A DNA stretch of 64,000 nucleotides from Octopus sinensis (Eukaryota): positions 67,456,001-67,520,000 of the forward strand of contig NC_043010.1 in assembly GCF_006345805.1 (NCBI RefSeq). Direction: 5' to 3'. Shown here one piece after another: positions 52,222 through 64,000 of the stretch. The notes beneath the pieces were generated by a model. That model made no database searches. It was not told where the DNA came from and saw only the letters and a program-made list of their open reading frames with translations. Position 1 is the stretch's first letter. Each line of letters begins with the position of its first letter. Both the position numbers and the translations under genes were made by a program.

Positions 52222-52620
52222 ACATGGTCTCAGATCAGGTCACTTGCTATGCAAGTACATCTCTAATATATAAATATATAAACAATTGCAGTGTGGAAGG
52301 TGTTTACAAAACATAAAAACACACAAAAACCATTAGATTCACTTCAACATTTAAATTTAATTTGCCAAAATATTTTCGTCGCTTTGAGACCACGACCTGT
52401 TCACTGACAAAATTCTGTGCTGCATCATGAATTTTGTCCGTGAACAGGTTGCAGTCTCAAAGCGACAAAAATATTTTGGCAAATTAAATTTAAATGTTGA
52501 AGTGAATCTAACGGGTTTGTGTGTTTCTTAAATGGTTTATAAACACCTTCCACACTGCAATTGTTTTCGTTCCTGCACACGATCTCAGATCAGGTCACTT
52601 GCTATGCAAGTACATCTCCG

Positions 52621-52625
<5 letters not shown>
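52222..52625. mobile_element. Penelope-like inverted pseudo-LTR remnant
   Basis: About 136-bp inverted arms (52280-52415 and 52429-52566), a 36-bp direct repeat on both sides (52228, 52583), and a hammerhead motif in each arm. Confidence 0.65.
52361..52411 (-). ncRNA. Minimal type I hammerhead ribozyme motif, G3-C8 variant
   Basis: UUUGUCA-GUGAACA-G-GUCGU(ggucucaaa)GCGAC-GAA-AAUAUU-U-UGGCAAA: stems I and II pair and stem III is a 6-nt palindrome. Folded by eye only. Confidence 0.65.
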
Positions 52626-52655
<30 letters not shown>

Positions 52656-53285
52656 GGGCTTCTTCCAGTTTGCCTATTAAATCCATTCACAAGGCTTTGG
52701 TCAGCCTTGCAGACGAAGACAATGGGTTTGAACCTGAGACTACATAGTTAGGAAGCAAACCTTAGCCACACTCGTGCCTGTAACAAAAATGTGAAATTAA
52801 ATTTGAGAATTATAAAATTATTGAATATCGATTTGGTTTTGACTTCTGCATTGACCCCGTTATTCTTGAAACTAGAAATTGTAACATTGCCCTTATTAAG
52901 CCCATTGCCAGTATTACACCCATTTAAGTTTAACTGAAACTTACTGAAATAGTTTATAAATTTGCCCTCTGCACCTGCTAATCATATTACTTTTGGTAAT
53001 TATTACTGAAAACACTTGTGAATGAGCAATGCCAATAATCTTTTTTAAGCATATCTAGATTAACCATTTTGATGCCAACCTGCCTGAGGCCATTTCTAGT
53101 TTTAGGATACAAATGCCCTGTTTTAAAGTAATACAAAAACTGTTCATCAGAATTTCATATTTATGTTCCAAACTCCAGCTTTTTAAGAGAAGCTACCATT
53201 GAAAGGCCCAGATATGCAAGAAACACAAGAATCAATCTGATTGGTTGATACCAGTCAGCTAATCTTGAGGCTTGTATTATTGGGC

Positions 53286-53989
53286 CGATCTTTTCACTTT
53301 TAAACTTCGTATATAGGCGCAGGAGTGGCTGTGTGGTAAGTAGCTTGCTAACCAACCACATGCTTCCGGGTTCAGTCCCACTGCGTGGCATCTTGGGCAA
53401 GTGTCTTCTACTATAGCCTCGGGCCGACCAATGCCTTGTGAGTGGATTTGGTAGACGGAAACTGAAAGAAGCCTGTCGTATATGTGTGTATATATATATG
53501 TATGTTTGTGTGTCTGTGTTTGTCCCCCCCACCATCGCTTGACAACCGATGCTGGTGTGTTTACGTCCCTGTCACTTAGCGGTTCGGCAAAAAGAGACCG
53601 ATAGAATAAGTACTGGGCTTACAAAGAATAAGTCCTGGGGTCGATTTGCTCGACTAAAGGCGGTGCTCCTGCATGGCCGCAGTCAAATGACTGAAACAAG
53701 TAAAAGAAAAGAATAAAAAATATTGGTAGAATGTGTCACAGAAAGCATCTTTTTCCCTTGGCGTTCTTGAGAAAATTCTGTAGTTTTTGTTAAATTTCTC
53801 ATATTTCGGCAATTTCAACCAATCAATGACGTCTATTGAGGTGAATACAATTACTGCTGTTGTTTGTCAACAAGAAGAACGTCAAGCGAAAAAGATGTTT
53901 TATGTGACACATTCTACCAGTATACGGAGTTTAAGTGTTTAGTTACAAAAAATTATTTTAAAAATCTGCTGGTCAAAGTGAAAAGATCC
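53286..53989. mobile_element. Merlin-like MITE variant with a nested full SINE family 1 (53316-53713, +)
   Basis: (c)gatcttttcacttt / aaagtgaaaagatcc termini; 9-bp TSD ttattgggc (53277-53285 and 53990-53998). Confidence 0.78.
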
Positions 53990-55319
53990 TTATTGGGCTG
54001 ATGGATCGGCCCAGTTGTCTTCTTTGTCATTCAACTTTTCGACTGATAGATCGACCCTGCCATCTCTTAAGGGTTAGATATAAAAGGGCAAACAAAGTAA
54101 CAAGTACAGTTGTGTTGCTATTACATTTGTGAAGAGAGGAGATTGGATACAGATTTTAAAAGGAATGGTGTTTACAGTCTGATAGAATAGTAAGCATGTG
54201 ATCCAACTGATTCTCAGTTGATTAGAAGTTTCAACATTGGACATTTGAAGAGGTTTAAGCGAGATCCATCTTGCTATTGCTAGTGGACGGAGCAACTGCA
54301 TAGATTCAACTCCTCGTTAGCTCATAGATGCTTCCGTAAATAGCTTGACGAATTTCAGTTCTTTAGATTCGTTGTGTTTGGAAGAGTTTTTCTAGCTTTA
54401 AAAAAAAAAGAAAAAATCTCTTTTTCTTTCTCTCTCGGTATCTATATATGCATATCAAATTATCGCCAAGCTAACATGGCAGTCCAGAAAAATAGGACGA
54501 ATGCTGCCGTTGATTAGCTCCAAAAGGCCATCGCCTCCATCTAGCTATGTGACACACAAAACTCTGTCCATTACGACCTCCCCTGTTCAAAGGTTATAAT
54601 GGACACAGGTTCGTGTGTCACATAGCTAGCTAGATGATATCTTGTTGCTGTTATGCAAAAGTGTCATAAATCCAAAATGTTACTTTGTAGTTTCACCATT
54701 CCATAACAAAACCATTGTACTACTACACTTTGACAATTTTTGACATCTTGAAATCTTATGCAGCTGGAGATATAATTTGACGGAAAGAACTGGCTATTTA
54801 TTGCAAGCAAAAATATTGAAAAAAATGCATTTGGCCAACATAATAGCAACGATATATATTAATAAAGGCAATATATTAAATATTTATCTCACCAGATGGA
54901 CCACATTTTTTTTGTGTACACAAACACACGTACACAAAGAGAGGGGGTTGGGGTACATGGGTGGTGGTGAGTGACAGTAAGCTGATTGTAAAGAAATTGG
55001 TACAGTGTGTAAGCATTAAAGGAAGTTGTTTATTTTATGTATTTGTGACATTGTGCATAGGTGATTGTCCTTGATTTTTTTTTTTTCTAGAATATAGACT
55101 GTAGCGATAATAGGAGGAGTGAATAACCGAGGTAAATAAATAAATGACAGATAGTAACCTAAGCCGAAGTAAACAGAATAGCAACATTCTATCTTTATAA
55201 CACCTCGCCATGAAATATAAGGAAGAAAATCCTGTTATAGCGTCCTGTCCCAGTCTGCGCAATAACTGCATTAAAAAAAAACAAAAGAATATGCAGGGGT
55301 GGGTGGGGGATATATGTAT

Positions 55320-55733
55320 TACTCTTTACTCTTTTACTTTGTTTCAATCATTTTACTGTGGCCATGCTGGTGCACCGCCTTTAGTCGAGGAAATCGACTC
55401 CAGGACTTATTCTTTGTAAGCCTAGTACTTATTCTATCAGTCTCTTTTGCCGAACCGCTAAGTTACAGGGACGTAAACACACCAGCATCGGTTGTCAAGC
55501 GATGTTGGGGGCACAAACACACACACAAACATATACACACATACATATATATATATACACCACACACACACGACGGGCTTCTTTCAGTTTCTGTCTACCA
55601 AATCCACTCACAACACTTTGGTCGGCCCGAGGCTATAGTAGAAGACACTTGCGCAAGGTGCCATGCAGTGGGACTGAACCTGGAACCATGTGGTTCGTAA
55701 GCAAGCTACTTACCACACAACCACTCCTACGTC
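55320..55733 (-). mobile_element. SINE family 1, full length
   Basis: Reverse complement of the consensus. Confidence 0.9.
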
Positions 55734-57960
55734 ATATATATAAAAATTAAATCTTGTCAGACATGTTGATGGGGGGGGGGGTGAAATTGTTTGCAAGTAA
55801 TTTCGACTGATACAAAACAAATAAGGTTTTTCTGCCATGAACTTTCATTAGCCTTGTTATTTTAAAGTCTCTAAGTCTTTTGATGCTAATCCATCAGAGA
55901 TTTGCTTAGCGTTCTGTGATACAAATTTCCAGTTTTGAAGTGATCTAAATTAAGATTTCACTTCGTGTTCTAAACTCTAGCTTAATAACAAACATAGCAA
56001 AGTTATTTTAGTAAAAAAATTCTTCATTTGTTTCAAAATTAATCGAAAGTAAGGCAGTGCATTTCAACTGAAATATGGTAACAAAAGGGTGAAATCTTAC
56101 TTGGAAGTACTTTGGAAACCTTTACTCAGCATATTGGTTTTCTACATAAGGGGGATACCCTCTTATGAAGAGATGAGGTCAACCATGGGCTTTGCATCTT
56201 TGAAGTTGTGTGAAATAAGAGAGCCTTTGCTTGAAAAACAGATATGAGTTTGTACCAGGAAGGGCATATGGCTGTAAAATAATCCCTCAGTGTTTCCTCC
56301 CCAGTGGTTCTCAGAGTTCATATGGCCCTTGGGGGTCCATAGGAGATTTTGCTGTTAAAATTTATGAGCAAGAAGTTGCTTATATTTGTACAGTGCACAA
56401 ATATTTTAATTTTTTTAAATACAATTCCTAATATCTAATAATTGTCTCTACTATAGCCACAAGGCCTGAAATTTTGGGGGAGGGGACTAGTTGATTACAT
56501 TGATCCCCCCCCCCCCCCCCGTTTAAATGGTACTTAATTTATCAACTCTGAAAGGAAAGGTTGACCTTGGTGGAGTTTGAACTCTGAACGTGAAGTCAGA
56601 TGAAATACCTGTTTCTTTACTACCCACAAGGGGCTAAACACAGAGAGGACAAACAAGGACAGACAAACGGATTAAGTCGATTATATCCACTCCAGTGCGT
56701 AACTGGTACTTATTTAATCGACCCCGAAAGGATGAAAGGCAAAGTCAACCTCAACAGAATTTGAACTCATAACGTAACAGCAGACGAAATACCGCTAAGC
56801 ACTTTAGTTGGCATGCTAACAATTCTGCCAGCTCGCTGTCTTAATAATATTTAATGCTGGAGCTAAAATAGGGCTCAGTGGCTATGAGGGCCTACCAGAA
56901 TAAAATAAGAATCAAAGGGGTTCATAGATAAAAAAAAATGTTGTGAACCAAACCTCATGCTAGCATGGGAAAAGGGGCAACAACAAACTGATATATATGT
57001 AATTTAGTGCTTGTAGCTACTTCTGTCCCTTAGTTTCGTATGAGTGTCCAGGAATTTGGGCACGACAGTCATGCTTGTTTCGTCAACTGTGATGGGGTTC
57101 ACTGAAGACTGGTATTTCCATCTTTTGTCATTTCCCTTCTTTCGGTTTATTGGACTGTGGCCATGCTGGGGCACCACTTTGAAGGGTTTAATCAAAGAAA
57201 TCGAACCTCGTACTTATTTTCAAGTTTGGCATTTATTCTCTAGGTGTGCTTTACTGAGCTGCTAAGTTGCAGGGACATAAATGAACCAACACCAGTTGTT
57301 AAGTGATGGTGGAACAAACACAAAACATGCTGCATACACACACACACATATATCACAGGCTTCCACACAGTTTTCATCTACCAAATTCACTCGCAAGACA
57401 CTGGTTAGTCTGTGGCTATAGAAGACACTTGCCTAAGGTGCTGCCCAGAGGGGGCTAGATTTATTTATTTTTTTTTTCATCATTAATGTCTTTGACTACA
57501 TTAACTCTGCCATCCCTTTTTAAAGGAAACAGTTGGGTAAGGTTTCAGGGAGATTGGCTGCTATTTCTAGCAGGTGGAATGACGACATGGTGGCTTGTTA
57601 AACATGCTGTTGTCTGTTGGGTGAGACTTGGATTTTTTTTTTATAAAATATTAAAAAAAATTTTTTAGTGTTGGAGTAAATATGTTAGAGCAATGATAAT
57701 GAAAATTAGTGCAATTTGTCACAAATAATTTACAGTTATTGAATAACTACCACATTGGATACATAAATTATGTTTCAGTCTAGCAACTAGCCGAGCTAAC
57801 TGCCAAAGTTTGTAAGCTAACGAGGACAGCTTGGTCAGGGTCATTTTGAATGCTAGAAATAGCAGTCAAATCTCCTTTACATTGCTGTATTACCTTAAAA
57901 AAGACATTGGACAATGCAGTTTCAGATCAAATGGCTTGTATTTGATTATAGTTTACTTAA

Positions 57961-58130
57961 CCCTTTCATTACCAGCCCAGCTGAGACTGGCTCTAGCTCT
58001 GTAGTACAAATGTCTTGTTTTCATAAGTTCTGAATTAAAATCTTCCACAAAACCTTAGTCACAATTTATGTTCCTAACACTAGCTGAATGATAACTAAGT
58101 TATCTTACTAAATTCTTTGTTATGTTTAAA
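57961..58130 (+). mobile_element. piggyBac-like MITE family A, truncated
   Basis: TTAA|cccttt start and family body; the right TIR is missing. Confidence 0.8.
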
Positions 58131-58806
58131 GGCTGCTAAATATTTAGCAGCCTTTCACCCATCTTTATTTTTATGTTGTGGGTTCAAATTCTGTGGTGGT
58201 CAACTTGGATTTCGTCCATTTGGATTCGATGTAATAAGTACCAGTTGAGCGCTGGGGTTACGGCTTTGTGCCAAAATTTGAATTTAGGGCAGCAAGCCGG
58301 GAGAATCGTTATCATGCCAGACAAAATTCTTAGTAGCATTTCTTCCAATTTCGCATTCCAAGTTCAAATCCTGCTCGTGTTGACTTTGCCTTTTTATCCC
58401 TTCAATGTCGATAAAATAAGGTACCAGTGTTGCACTGGGGTCAGTGTAAATTACTTGCTTTTCTCCCTGGAGAGAATGCTGGCCTTGTGCCCATATTTGA
58501 AACCAATATTACAAACGCGTTGAATCTATTTGGAAATCTAATTAGCAGATTTGACCAAACTTGTTTTTTTACCACCATCCTTTCAATTTTCTGTGGCGCA
58601 GTACGAGCAGTTTGTGTATCAAAAGTAGTCTGTGTTCAATTCATTTTACTTTTATCGTTGTCTGCAGTCATCAGAGTGGGACTGCAGCCAAGTCGAAGGG
58701 TTTGAAGCTTGTAGCAGCAACCGGAATCAATTGATAACAATACACCATTAACTGATGCAATGTACACAATTTCGTAATAACACACTAAATATACAGTGCG
58801 TTTCTG

Positions 58807-59216
58807 TACTCTTTTAGTCTCTTTTACTTGTTTCAGTCATTTGACTGTGGCCATACTGGAGCACCACCTTTAGTGGAGCAAATCGACCCCAGGACTTATT
58901 CTTTGTAAGCCTAGTACTTATTCTAACGGATCTCTTTTGCCGAACCGCTAAGTTACGGGGGAGCAAACACACCATCGGTTGTCAAGCAATGTTGGTGGGG
59001 GGGGGGACAAACACAGACATACAAACACATACACACATACATATACATATATATGATGGGCTTCTTTCGGTTTCCGTCTATCAAATCCGCTCACAAGGCT
59101 TTGGTCAGCCCGAGGCTATAGCAGAAGACACTTGCCCAAGGTGCCATGCAGCGGGACTGAACCTGGAACTATGTGATTTGTAAGCAAGGTACTTACCACA
59201 CAACCACTCCTGCACC
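58807..59216 (-). mobile_element. SINE family 1, full length
   Basis: Reverse complement of the consensus. Confidence 0.9.
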
Positions 59217-59236
59217 CATACACACATATGTATATT

Positions 59237-59305
<69 letters not shown>

Positions 59306-60003
59306 GCACACATGCATTCTCTTATTTTATTCATTGAATTGTAACCATCCTGGGACACCACCATGCTGGGTTTAGTCTATCAAATTGCTACCCCATAAGT
59401 GTTTATTTAGCCTGGTATTTATTCAATCTCTTTTTGTTGAACTGTCAAGTTATTGGAATGCCAGTAAACTGAAGCTAGTTGTCAGATGGTGAGGGGAAAT
59501 TCACACACACATGGAGAACTGGCTTAGAAAACTCATTTCCCAAGTCCTGTATACAGGAATCTAACCTTAAACAATGTCATTATTATGCAGACTTCTTAAC
59601 CATGCAACCATACCTGCACCTATTTATGTATGTATGTCTATCGTGCTGTGCCGTGATCATTTAATTGTCCAATTTTCTATGGCTGGGTCCCCTTCTTATT
59701 GCCAACCCCTTGCCTGCTTCCAACTAAGGTAATATTTTCTAATAGATAGACATGTTTTCCACAGAAGACTGGAAATGAACAACTTGGCTTGTATAATGAT
59801 AAAGTACATTTACAGCCATCATGTGATATCAAGATGATGCTATGTACTCATGCATGCAGCTTCAGTCAGCCTGGGCCTGTAGTAGAAGACACTAGCCCAG
59901 GGTGCCATGTAGTGGGACGGCACCCATGACCACATGGTTAGGAAGCAAATTTCTTAACCACACAGCCATGCCTGCATTTATACACATGCATGGACACACA
60001 CAC

Positions 60004-60053
<50 letters not shown>

Positions 60054-60065
60054 TACACTTACTAC

Positions 60066-60122
<57 letters not shown>

Positions 60123-60792
60123 CTTACTACCATGCACACATACACACACATATTAGGACTGACAAGTGGCAAAATACTCATGACTCATTCACCCTATGCC
60201 AGCATGTAAAAACAGACATAAAATAGTGGTGTTATCCATATAAACACACATTTTTATATATATATATATATATATACACACACATGCTTGCAATCTACTG
60301 GAATGTTCATCTATGACTGTTATGGCAAAATAAACTATTTCTAAGTCTGGTTGTGCAGTCTCAAATGTATATGTAATGCCTTCCAGGTGTTGGAAATCTG
60401 AAGTCTGTAGTTGAGTTGGCTAGACACGTATTCTGTCTGCAGATAACGGCTTCTGCTGAATAGCTTTCAGTGATACAAGTGGAATGTCAGTTATGTTCTC
60501 TGTACACTTCACTGTACCTGCTGCACAGCCTTCTGGTCAGATATGGAATTGCTCGCTTACCACTACAGCAATGCAGTGGTAGATAAGAATGTTATCAGTT
60601 CTATACCACTGAAGTAGCTAAAATAAATAAATACATAGAAAGGGTTATCTTACTTTAGCACCCTAAGGCAATACAACCATTATTTGATCAGTCTTTGTAG
60701 AACTGCTGTTCTCTGTAATGTGGAAGTTTACTGTATTTGGTGGCATAAAAGATTCACAGACATGATAGATGCCTCCCAATTTTAGCAGAATG

Positions 60793-61243
60793 CATCATCA
60801 TCATCATTTAGCGTCCGTTTTCCATGCTAGCATGGGTTGGACGGTTCAACTGGGGTCTGGGAAGCCAGAAGGCTGTACCAGGCCCAGTCTGATCTGGCAG
60901 TGTTTCTACGGCTGGATGCCCTTCCTAACGCCAACCACTCCGTGAGTGTAGTGGGTGATTTTTACGTGCCACCGGCACGGAGGCCAGTCAGGGCGACGCT
61001 GGCAACGGACACGGTCGGGTAGTGCTTTTTAGGTGCCACCAGCACGGGGGCCAGGTGAGGCTGGCAATGGCCACGATCGGATGGTGCTTTTTACGTGCCA
61101 CCGGCACGGAGGCCAGTCGGGGCGGCGCTGGCAACGGACACGGTCGGGTGGTGCTTTTTACGTGTTACCGGCACGGGGGCCAGGCGAGGCTGGCAACGGC
61201 CATGATCGGATGGTGCTTTTTACGTGCCACCGGCACGGATGCC
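60793..61243 (-). mobile_element. RTE-like LINE 3' UTR with an alternating 67/62-bp tandem repeat
   Basis: (cat)n tail; unit starts at 60955, 61022, 61084, 61151, 61213. Confidence 0.8.
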
Positions 61244-61467
61244 AAAAATGGTTGTTGTGCCATAAGGCTTAAGGAAGGCCCGATTTCGCATATAGGATTT
61301 GGGGTGACCTTTTTTTTTTCTATGGTGAGAGGGGCATTTTTGTGGGGCAGGAGGGTATCTTACATGCCATTATATGTGGTAAATGAAAATGGTTGATATT
61401 ACTTTACTGCTGTTGATAGAAATTGTATAAAGTGGAACCAATTTATTAATTCTATCATCTGCAATAA

Positions 61468-61836
61468 GCACAGGCATGGCTGTGTGGTAAGGAGCTTGTT
61501 TCCCAATGATGAGGTTCTGGGTTCAGTCCCACTATGTGGCACCTTGAGCAAGTGTCTTCTCCTATAGCTTTGGGCCAACCAAAGTATTGTGAATGGATTT
61601 GGTAGACAGAAGCTGAAAGAAGCCCATTGCATATATGTATGTATATGTTTGTGTGTGTCTGTTCCCCCACCACTGCTATCCCCATAACTTAGTGGTTCAG
61701 CAAAAGAGTCCGATAGAATAAGTACCTGGTTTAAAAAGAAATAAGTACAAGGGTTAATTCATTTGGCTTAAAAGACATTGATGGCGGTGCCCCAGCATGG
61801 CCGCAGTCAAATGACTAAAATGGATAAAAGATAAAA
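61468..61836 (+). mobile_element. SINE family 1, older copy
   Basis: Head, CORE-like block and tail are recognisable. Confidence 0.85.
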
Positions 61837-62887
61837 GTTAATATTCTTTGGATATCTTGGCTGCTTCTGTAGCCATGATAGTTTCAATATACATCACACT
61901 TGCCAAACTGCAAATTCTCGTGTAGATTAACTCAGTGTTGATGATCAAAGCCATTTCTGATGTGTTCTTTTCAAACTTGACATTAAAATTGATATGGACA
62001 GTTATGGTTGGAGAGTATAAAATAGTGTACATCCTTTCAATATTTTGCCAAATCTCTATGAATCTCTGGTATTATATTCCTGGAAATAGTGTCTGAATGA
62101 ATCTCTCTCATTCACCTTTTCTTTAGATGTCTGACTTAAGTGTGCTTTCACCTGTATACCATGAAGATATCACAAAGTAAAGGTGCTGATCAACCATCTT
62201 AACCTATCAATTCTTAGATTATTCCAGTGCCTAAGAGATGTTTGCTGTTGCTTGTCAAGGGTGGTTGGTGTATGTTGGTCAGAACGTCTTAAGATCCAGT
62301 TATATCATTGGAATTCTCGTGATGGTAGAAGTTTCAAATGTAACTCGATCTCTACCGAATCGTAATTGACGAACAACAAGGGGCGGGGGGACATGTGAAA
62401 ATATTGTGTTTATCTTTATATAGCAGTGAAACCTGACCCATGAAAAAAAAAAAACAAAAAACAAAAAAAACCACACAGCGAGGAACAAGTTGAGCATGAA
62501 ATGTTAATGATTCAAGTTATATGTGAAAGTATTTGATACAGGCAAACCAGATTATTGGAGTAATTTTGACATGTAAACACAAAGGAAGGTATATGTTGAG
62601 CAAAGAGGTGTCATGTTATTAGTGGTATGGTGGTATGCTCTGTATGGTTAGATGATCGTGTATACTTTTGTCAGATGGTATTATATACAACAGACTTTCT
62701 GCTCTAATAATTTAATTTCAAGCCTTTTTTACAAAGACTAACAATTAGCTGGAGCAGACTGCAAAAGGTTTCAGAAATAAAATGGGGGCAAATGAAACAG
62801 AATTATGCAGGTATCTAGACCCATCTAATCTTTGACAGTATCCATAAATATTGTAGGGTCTTGCATATGTAATCTAGTTACCGTCTC

Positions 62888-63311
62888 CAGTATGCTGTGC
62901 GTGAGAAGACCCGGCAGGACAAGTGAGACCATAACCCATGGCCTCAGTCCACTTATGCATGCCTTTCCTTCTTGGGCCACAAAACTCTACTTGTGAAGAC
63001 CTGTTGAGGCAAGTGAAAATCAAAAATCAAAATCAAAATCGTTCAACATCAATGGAAATTGTAGCTGTGATACCAGTGCCGGTGGCACATAAGAGAACCA
63101 TCCGATCGTGGCCGTTTGCCAGCCTCGTCTGGCAACTGTGCCGGTGGCACGTAAAAAGCACCCACTACACTCATGGAGTGGTTGGCGTTAGGAAGGGCAT
63201 CCAGCCGTAGATCAGACTGGGCCTGGTGCAGCCTTCTGGCTTCCCAGACCCTAGTTGCACCGTCCAACCCATACCAGCATGGAAAGCGGATGCTAAACTA
63301 TGATGATGATG
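62888..63311 (+). mobile_element. RTE-like LINE 3' end (ORF end, 3' UTR, (GAT)n tail)
   Basis: YAVREKTRQDK* resembles an RTE ORF2 terminus; followed by the shared UTR and tail. Confidence 0.7.
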
Positions 63312-64000
63312 AGTATCGTTTGTCTCAAGAGTTTTGTTTAAAATCTAACAAGGAACATAAATTTACCAAGACCAGTTGACTGAAATTGTTTTTAGACAAA
63401 AAGATCAGTGTTTGTGGGTGTGAATCTGGTCTGTAAAGCCAACTAGGGAAAGTAAGACCGGTTTCAGTCTTATTAAACCTTCTCAGTGAACCATATTCTC
63501 CACACTCTACAAGACAAAGCACCCTCAGAAATTAGTTGCATGCATAACCCTAAGGTGATCAACTACACATTTCGTATGTTTCACCTAAGTGTATTACTGC
63601 ATTGACCATTGGTCACAATGTACTCCCTTGCATTGTTGTAGCTTTCAAATGATGCCACTCCTCCTGGCTAAAGGCAAGCAGGCCAACATTCCCTCTGCAT
63701 AACCATTTTACAGCTGAGTGGACTGGAGCAACATTATTAAATGAAGCATTTTTGGTCTGAGAACTGAAACCATGATCTTGTGGTTGAAAGTACAACACCC
63801 TAACCACTAGGCCACTAATTTATGTAGAGAACACCCCTTGGCCATACTGTTACTATCCATGATTAGCAACATTGTTTCGACTGATTTTTACATGTATTGA
63901 TCACTCTTTGTCTTGCCAAAATTTAAATTGATTGGAAATGGAGTCAGCTTCTTCGTTTGTTCCTAGATTTTAAATACTCCTGTGAACAGGGAGTTTGTGT

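Noticed and set aside
53161-53535. Recurrent ORFs with 'RLPNPLTRHWSARGYSRRHLPK' or 'HSQGFGRPEAIVEDTCPR'
   Set aside because: Antisense translations of SINE family 1, not a protein family.
53995-54050. Candidate exon 3 (WIG motif expected after NVLLG)
   Set aside because: No AG acceptor, an early stop, and it lies at a MITE flank. AG sites near 60386 and 62127 also give no oxidase-like sequence.
61838-62300. Possible Penelope RT remnant on the minus strand
   Set aside because: Similarity is too weak to support by eye.

Overview
AT-rich, microsatellite-dense animal genomic DNA. The SINE families and repeat style suggest a coleoid cephalopod, probably Octopus (inference). The only supported host gene is a + strand flavin polyamine oxidase (spermine oxidase/PAOX-like). 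Two coding exons are visible, 16302-16572 and 49334-50263, joined in phase 1 across a 32.8-kb GT-AG intron; the remaining exons were not found and probably lie beyond the window. Almost everything else is repeat: 3-4 tRNA-type SINE families (more than 40 copies or fragments), and fragments of CR1, RTE and CRE LINEs. DNA elements include Tigger/pogo, DD37D and mariner remnants, piggyBac-, hAT- and Merlin-like MITEs, a Helitron and a Penelope-like palindrome. There are also long simple repeats and a 100-N gap. Nearly all listed ORFs are artefacts of simple repeats or SINEs. Most notable signals: (1) a minimal hammerhead ribozyme with a compensatory G3-C8 core swap inside a Penelope-like palindrome in intron 2; (2) piggyBac MITE multimers with an identical 23-bp spacer at two loci, and a 7x86-bp array inside a copy; (3) a Merlin-like element mobilised as an 809-bp fold-back carrying telomere-like repeats; (4) tandem pseudoknot-like units in an RTE 3' UTR.
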